From assembly GCA_964654465.1 (NCBI GenBank), contig CAZZIO010000064.1:1-53986 (forward strand): 53,986 nt of DNA, read 5' to 3'. This document shows, piece by piece, positions 49,501 through 53,986 of the stretch. Each line of letters starts with the position of its first letter. The stretch's first letter is position 1. A program made the translations under genes and the position numbers. Below the pieces are notes generated by a model that worked only from the letters and a program-made list of their open reading frames with translations, ran no database searches and was not told where the DNA came from. The stretch is from an uncultured Dictyoglomota bacterium (lineage in GTDB: Bacteria > Dictyoglomota > Dictyoglomia > Dictyoglomales > Dictyoglomaceae).

Positions 49501-49905
49501 TTAAGTTTTACATTACCCGAGTGGGTCCATAGAGAGGGCAAATGGTATATAGAAACACCTGCTGTCGTTTACCTTAAATTTTCTGACGGTAGCATAGAAG
49601 GGGTAAAAGGAGAAGGATATCATACATCTATAGCTTCCGGATCTTACAATGATGAAAATTTAATGGTTTATTTTGAATGGAGTTTCTTTGATGATGGCAG
49701 AGATTATTGGAATACAATAGTAAAAGGCAAATTTGAGGGTAAAATAAGAGATTGGAAATATCAAAATAATGTAATTGGAGTAATAATAGAAGGAGAGATA
49801 AATTGTACAGTCAGATGTTTTTATATAGATGTAGAGAATAATAAAACAGTTTACGATGTACAAAAAGACTTTACTATTCCTGCTTGGATTTCAATTCAAT
49901 TTTAA
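46573..49905 (+). CDS. Large secreted multidomain protein: ConA/LamG-like domain, Trp-rich beta-barrel, ZU5-like, C39-like cysteine peptidase, IPT/TIG
   Basis: Signal peptide; F.DDF..W...DDDGIGAVFRYQD..NYY; WTGTWDTTWG..FTGRW; IGPSGGEI...L.IPP; PYYEQ..SC...HAVVLLGY...HDP; P.V.SI.P..G.PG..ITI.G..FG. Confidence 0.8.
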   Translation: MNNLKKLKTFFLFITLFFLLSQLTIGKEITNSEDCILFKDDFERKEIGTNWIIVDDAPSSDWKIQDGKLVQNSNVYRADSEYDYFQGTHIVTKESFSDFIFSFDLTSTDDDGIGAVFRYQDKNNYYRFIMVKDPQNKGPFRRIDKIVNGKPFQVLAIDKNNAYEVGKKYRITIEAVGNQIKVFIDDKEILSTQDATFTTGKLGFMTYANTGYFDNVCVSIVNNKTTSSENLTSFNWTGTWDTTWGKMYLVQVGNMVIGYYEHDNGKVAGKVIDNKLIGIWLEAPSYSPPKDGGEFELTLSPDGTSFTGRWRYGNSGDWNTDWEGKKISDIVPSQEFNIRSEKDSISNIIEASTKEKTVISPEQVSFYDKGEKAIQSEMNIGPSGGEIVLSDGTKLLIPPNTIKEDTKISIKSITNPIFYSKEAKGIEISGIQKLLGEITLVVNGPKALTNDELNIFGYDHINKGKLDLEYEYNPSTGIISIKLSPSLIYRSSLSNIKLCYNTLEKISADSNTLSLKDRLFIYIGYIPKYTPKQKEKIIRMPYYEQIGGSCVSTSALMFLKFSGKDIELYDILRELGANDSDFGLDEDQIVYSLKDYLSKETGFTAYSVPIFKLDHLKWRVLSEIDKGHPVILSWGDHAVVLLGYTENGEKIIMHDPQNISPANNENGTMYTIRDWNFIKNRHKFPTEKYIIIVVDGNFATSPSLSLELPARDEKGAMTTGDISFLVRNPNNQKLVPFYQLQIKPSESKDGYIWVKSTGDKLEIIPQDAEVLNLKLYIYNGSNYSRDIEVYATIDEGRYGIPGKRITYNRAKFTIPEAKFNEANYITYNHQFKLEDIRDLTLGDKDGKQEILIRVGLWEGDLVRDSFSIKAVISLIPKVLSIEPNTGSPGDIITIKGLAFGKNQSSKSKVMIGNTTAEILSWNDKEIKIKVPENVQTGPVVVYVGEKYTYESNKDVNFNAKTKVKTPLKRNLNGIHGLSFTLPEWVHREGKWYIETPAVVYLKFSDGSIEGVKGEGYHTSIASGSYNDENLMVYFEWSFFDDGRDYWNTIVKGKFEGKIRDWKYQNNVIGVIIEGEINCTVRCFYIDVENNKTVYDVQKDFTIPAWISIQF

Positions 49906-49998
49906 ATAATTTCTATATGATATCCTGATTTAAACTTGCATAATTTATCAGGAGGAAATAAGAAGTATTACTAATATAGAGAAAAAATAATTTAAAAC

Positions 49999-52899
49999 TT
50001 ATTTCAAGTTAACAATATTCCATTTATCCTTATCTTTTTTAAGAGTAACATACAATATTTCATACTGAGATACTCCATCTAAGGATCTTGGTCTTACAGC
50101 CATTTTCACAATTTCCCTTTCCTCTTTAAAATCTTCTACTAAGAAACCAATATTGTCTGATACTAAATTAGAAATCTTCTCTCTTAAAATACTCAACATA
50201 ATCTTTCTTTCTGGATGTATCTTAGGAAAAATATCTATAGGTATACCCAGGTACCTTTTCTTAAGTTTTTCATATATCCATGAATAAATATCTAAACCTT
50301 CATATTTATCATCACATACTACATAATCTGAATTAATTATTTCTTTGACCTTCCATCTATCCTTTTCCATATAAAGTAAAGAACAAAAATTTAAATAATA
50401 GTTTTCTCCTCTCCCCTCCACATATGCGAAGTTTTCCCTTACATTTATGTATGTAATTGTTATACTTATATCAATATCATCAGGAATTTTTATATCTTCC
50501 CTTTTGTAATAAAAATCTTGATTCACATATTTTTCTGGAAAATTTTTCAATTCTAACTTTAACAGATCTATTAATAGATTTTTATCTAATATCACCATAG
50601 GAAAAACCAAAGGCTTCATTGGCTCTACAATACTTATTTTCTGATCTTCTGCAATTTTAAAAGGAGGAATTACCCTTATAGAGGAAACTCTATCATTCCA
50701 TCCTATGGTGCTTAAATCAGCAATTGAAGATGTTATTTCTACATTCTTTCCCTCAAAATGAGAATTCTCATAAATAATAACTTTCCAGCCATTTGGTATC
50801 TTTATAGATGAGATACGATCATTAAATTTATATATAGAAAGTTCAGAGTAAAAACCACATATAGAATTATTAGGTAGGTTATAAGGCAATTTTAAGAAAT
50901 ATCCTTTGTAATTCTTGTCTTCATAAAATATAGGAAAATCATAAGATGGAATAGAGGCCTTAATAATCTTAACTGAAGATATCTTGTCTCCCATTTTAAA
51001 ATCATCAGAATGTAGATCCTGAATAGTGCTTTCAACAAAAAGTTTCCTACCTTTATAATTTTTATCCTCATAGACCTCTAACTTCCAAGTATAGAAAGGC
51101 AAAAAGATTGATGATATTCTATCATTGAAACCAAGTTTAGAAAGATCATCTATATTGTCAAAAATTGGTAAGAAAGCTCCATCACAATTTTTATCCTCAA
51201 AAAATACTGGATATAACGGTATTTCTTGGGGAATATCTTCCATCATCCAGATCTTTACATATACTCTTGCCCTTAAATCTCCCTCTCCATCACTTCTAAT
51301 ATAATATCCCTGCATTATATTCCATACTTTCATTCCTGAAATAGCATTGTAACTAAAATCCTTAGGATTAAATTCAAATAGAAAATCTTTCCCAGTGCCT
51401 GGCCTAATATCCATCTCCTCATCCTTATGCTGAGATCCACGGAATCCGCTATCACTCTCATACATTCTTATTTGAATTCTTACAGGCTTCAAATCCCATA
51501 AAGGTTTTAATATTCCCCAAACTGGAAAAGGATGACTCTTATCCACATATTCTGCTTCAGTGTAAGGATAATCAACCTCATTATTTACCACAAACATTAC
51601 CCAGTAGTCACTATCTCCTCCTGGTTCCTCATTGTTTATATTATCCCAACCTTCTCCGGTATCAAGATCCATAGCTTCTGGTATTCTAACACGGAGCCAT
51701 TTTACATCTTTTTCATAATCTATTGTACAATTTCCTAAAAAACTAAAAGCTTCTCTTATTATAGAGTTATCAAGAGGTGCTAAGTTTTGCACCTCTTCCC
51801 AATTAACCTTTACTATTTCTCCAAAATCACTTCTTTTTTTCATTCCTTCTTCCAATTTATCTATGCTATGTACTTTTATAAATCCACCTTTATAAGATGC
51901 CTCAAAGAGATCCTTAGCTATTAAAGTACAATTTGAAAACCATTCTATTCCCAAAAAAGGATAATCTGGACTATTTTGAGATGTTAAACCTATTCCTGGA
52001 ACATTAGGCATATCATCAAAAACAATATCCAAACTTCCCCATATTCTTGGAGCTTTCCATGCTCCACCATAGGTACAGAGCCATCTAATAGTTCCCTCAT
52101 CAAAATCTGTTAATGTATATAGATGTTTTTTATTACCTTCTTTAAAATCATAAATCAAAATCTCATTCCAAAACTTACTATTATTAAAATCTTCCGTCAC
52201 CCATTTTTTTATAAGTCTTAACCACTCTAAGGATGCCTTATAGGAAGTTCTATATGCAGAATCAAATAATGGTCTTCCCGCATGATCTTTATTTAATACA
52301 TCATGATTAGTTTTTCCCCAAAAAGTTGTTAACCTATTAACATTAAAATACATACCACCTCTTTTTTTAACATCCTCTATTGCCTTGATTAAATCATTTG
52401 GAGCTCTTTTCAAAACATCAAAATAAGTAGCATCCTTTATTTTAGAGTAACTACTCAAGTTTAGTTCAACCCAATTAGAATGAGCATAAAAATCCTGAAC
52501 AATATGTAAAGAGATACCAATAATAAGAAGTGCTCCTAACTTATCATTTTTATTAACCTTTTCTTTCATAGCATTATATGTATTGAATATTAATTGTTTC
52601 CAATATCTTTCAATAACCTCCTCATTATAAAGATTATCAAAGTGTAAAAAATCCACCAATTTTTTAGAAACCCTACAAAAATCATCATCTATTACATACT
52701 CAACTGCCTTTTCCTGAAATATATCTACATAAGAATTTCCAACAAGAGCTAAAGAGAAAGCATCTTTATTAAAACCCACTCCCCTCATAACTTCCCTTAT
52801 CAAATCATAATGATAACCCATAGAGAAACCAAAGGTAATTTCTAATAAAAATATACTTAAAACAATAAAGAAAAAACTAAATCTAATTATCCTTCTCAT
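49999..52899 (-). CDS. Large secreted protein: Zn-phospholipase C/HET-C-like domain, C2-like domain, four beta/gamma-crystallin motifs
   Basis: Signal peptide then FSMGYH; HFDN; LHIVQDFYAHSNWVE; LNKD; four (F/Y)E..N/H..G...D(R/K)(I/V)SS(I/V) repeats. Confidence 0.8.
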   Translation of the reverse strand: MRRIIRFSFFFIVLSIFLLEITFGFSMGYHYDLIREVMRGVGFNKDAFSLALVGNSYVDIFQEKAVEYVIDDDFCRVSKKLVDFLHFDNLYNEEVIERYWKQLIFNTYNAMKEKVNKNDKLGALLIIGISLHIVQDFYAHSNWVELNLSSYSKIKDATYFDVLKRAPNDLIKAIEDVKKRGGMYFNVNRLTTFWGKTNHDVLNKDHAGRPLFDSAYRTSYKASLEWLRLIKKWVTEDFNNSKFWNEILIYDFKEGNKKHLYTLTDFDEGTIRWLCTYGGAWKAPRIWGSLDIVFDDMPNVPGIGLTSQNSPDYPFLGIEWFSNCTLIAKDLFEASYKGGFIKVHSIDKLEEGMKKRSDFGEIVKVNWEEVQNLAPLDNSIIREAFSFLGNCTIDYEKDVKWLRVRIPEAMDLDTGEGWDNINNEEPGGDSDYWVMFVVNNEVDYPYTEAEYVDKSHPFPVWGILKPLWDLKPVRIQIRMYESDSGFRGSQHKDEEMDIRPGTGKDFLFEFNPKDFSYNAISGMKVWNIMQGYYIRSDGEGDLRARVYVKIWMMEDIPQEIPLYPVFFEDKNCDGAFLPIFDNIDDLSKLGFNDRISSIFLPFYTWKLEVYEDKNYKGRKLFVESTIQDLHSDDFKMGDKISSVKIIKASIPSYDFPIFYEDKNYKGYFLKLPYNLPNNSICGFYSELSIYKFNDRISSIKIPNGWKVIIYENSHFEGKNVEITSSIADLSTIGWNDRVSSIRVIPPFKIAEDQKISIVEPMKPLVFPMVILDKNLLIDLLKLELKNFPEKYVNQDFYYKREDIKIPDDIDISITITYINVRENFAYVEGRGENYYLNFCSLLYMEKDRWKVKEIINSDYVVCDDKYEGLDIYSWIYEKLKKRYLGIPIDIFPKIHPERKIMLSILREKISNLVSDNIGFLVEDFKEEREIVKMAVRPRSLDGVSQYEILYVTLKKDKDKWNIVNLK

Positions 52900-53254
52900 G
52901 TCTAATTACCCCCTTTAAATTGAAGCATTCTTAAACTATTTCATTGAGGGATAATTTTGAATGATTCTGAGTAGCTATAGAAAGTAAAACTTACAGTAAT
53001 AATTATCCCTTTTTAATTATAATAACACATTCTTATGGTGCTTTAAAAAATAATTTTAAAGTAATACAAACATAGTACCTACTAAAGATATGAGTTGCCC
53101 AGGATAAAATTACGTATATTTCTTATGCCTGTTTATTTATCTTATAAGTATGTGTTCTAAAAAAATTATGAATAATAATCGTCTTCCAAAAACATGTAAA
53201 ACAGCTTATAGATTTTTCATTCTATTCACTATTGATTCATTAGTAATTAATATA

Positions 53255-53282
53255 TTGACTTTTTTAATATATGAGTTACACT
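53255..53282 (+). promoter_or_regulatory. Putative sigma70 promoter for the 53403 gene
   Basis: TTGACT, 16 bp, TACACT. Confidence 0.5.
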
Positions 53283-53402
53283 ATAACTGAGGGAAAATGT
53301 AAAAAGTATTAAAATTCATCAATAATACCTCTTATAAACTCTTTTCCCCCAGGCTTTCCTTGTAGACTCCTAATTTAAAATATTAGAACAGGAGGTACAA
53401 AA

Positions 53403-53918
53403 ATGAAAAAGTCGATTTTAAGAATCTTTATTTTCCTAATTATCCTTTTAATTCTTGCCTTTGCAAGTACATGGAAAAATAGAAACTATTACGGAGCTAA
53501 CTTCCCCTATATAGGTGGGCTTTTTTGTCATGACGGTGATTACGTAGAATTCGAGGTAAACGATGAAAATAACGGATTTTATTACATGACCCGCTATAAC
53601 AAAGAGGTTAATTTAGAACCATATTTTTGGAACAGTGAAGAAAACAAATGGGTAGGCCTTGGAACAACCCTTATCCTTCCTGCAAATGTATATCCAGTAG
53701 GAGAAAATTTCAGATACGCCCCATGGAGGTGGATGTCTTTACAACAAGGTTATAAAGGAAAGACAATACAACTTAGACTTGTAGAAAATAGAACAGTAAA
53801 CAATCATTATTGTCCTTCAAATGATATTATTATAAAATTTAAAGACAATAGTCAAGTAAAGTATTGGAAAGGTGTTGACTCTGAGAGTTGGTGTGATTTA
53901 GATCAAGTGGCAAAATAG
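53403..53918 (+). CDS. Secreted hypothetical protein
   Basis: SD AGGAGG, signal peptide ending AFA, aromatic-rich mature part, own terminator. Confidence 0.8.
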   Translation: MKKSILRIFIFLIILLILAFASTWKNRNYYGANFPYIGGLFCHDGDYVEFEVNDENNGFYYMTRYNKEVNLEPYFWNSEENKWVGLGTTLILPANVYPVGENFRYAPWRWMSLQQGYKGKTIQLRLVENRTVNNHYCPSNDIIIKFKDNSQVKYWKGVDSESWCDLDQVAK

Positions 53919-53944
53919 CCTCTATCTCTCTAAAGCTAAAATAT

Positions 53945-53975
53945 TAAAGAGCCCCATATGGGGGCTCTTTATTTT
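53945..53975 (+). terminator. Intrinsic terminator
   Basis: taaagagcccc-atatg-ggggctcttta followed by tttt. Confidence 0.85.
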
Positions 53976-53986
53976 GAATATATTTA

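Noticed and set aside
1559-51738. Numerous 60-120 aa ORFs antisense to or inside long genes (e.g. 2534..2863, 6938..7264, 19501..19830, 36838..37197, 38031..38375)
   Set aside because: S/I/F/P-rich antisense shadows with no SD and no motifs, overlapping confident genes.
52900-53402. Known riboswitch, tRNA or small CDS in the 500-bp intergenic region
   Set aside because: No T-box, c-di-GMP, SAM, TPP, cobalamin or tRNA consensus was recognised, and there is no convincing ORF.

Overview
AT-rich bacterial chromosomal segment with about 45 densely packed CDSs on both strands. The K/E/I-rich proteins, an outer-membrane barrel candidate and the anaerobic gene content suggest a thermophilic diderm anaerobe such as Dictyoglomus (inference only). 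Positions 1-38.8 kb are mostly housekeeping and metabolic genes: partial uridine-kinase-like gene, orphan groES with glutaredoxin, fba, gamma-CA/aminotransferase/serA/cobO operon, M23-bactofilin, sigma-MoxR-DUF58-transglutaminase, dcd, zwf, manC, Na/Pi transporter, TetR, AbrB-ABC exporter, cinA-tspO-WYL, HD-GYP, PMM, ECF sigma/anti-sigma and a PlsY-kinase fusion. 38.9-46.3 kb is a [NiFe]-hydrogenase operon with two unusual traits: a Thermococcales-type HypA plus Mrp/MinD ATPase-type HypB pair, and a NuoG/HydA-like multi-Fe-S subunit with small and large subunits but no flavin (HoxF/HydB) subunit. 46.4-54 kb holds three secreted proteins: a lectin/C39-peptidase/IPT mosaic, a Zn-PLC/HET-C-like + C2-like + beta/gamma-crystallin mosaic, and an unknown. 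Their 5' leaders share motifs. No rRNA, tRNA, CRISPR array or transposase was recognised. Family assignments come from motif recognition and recall, not from database searches.
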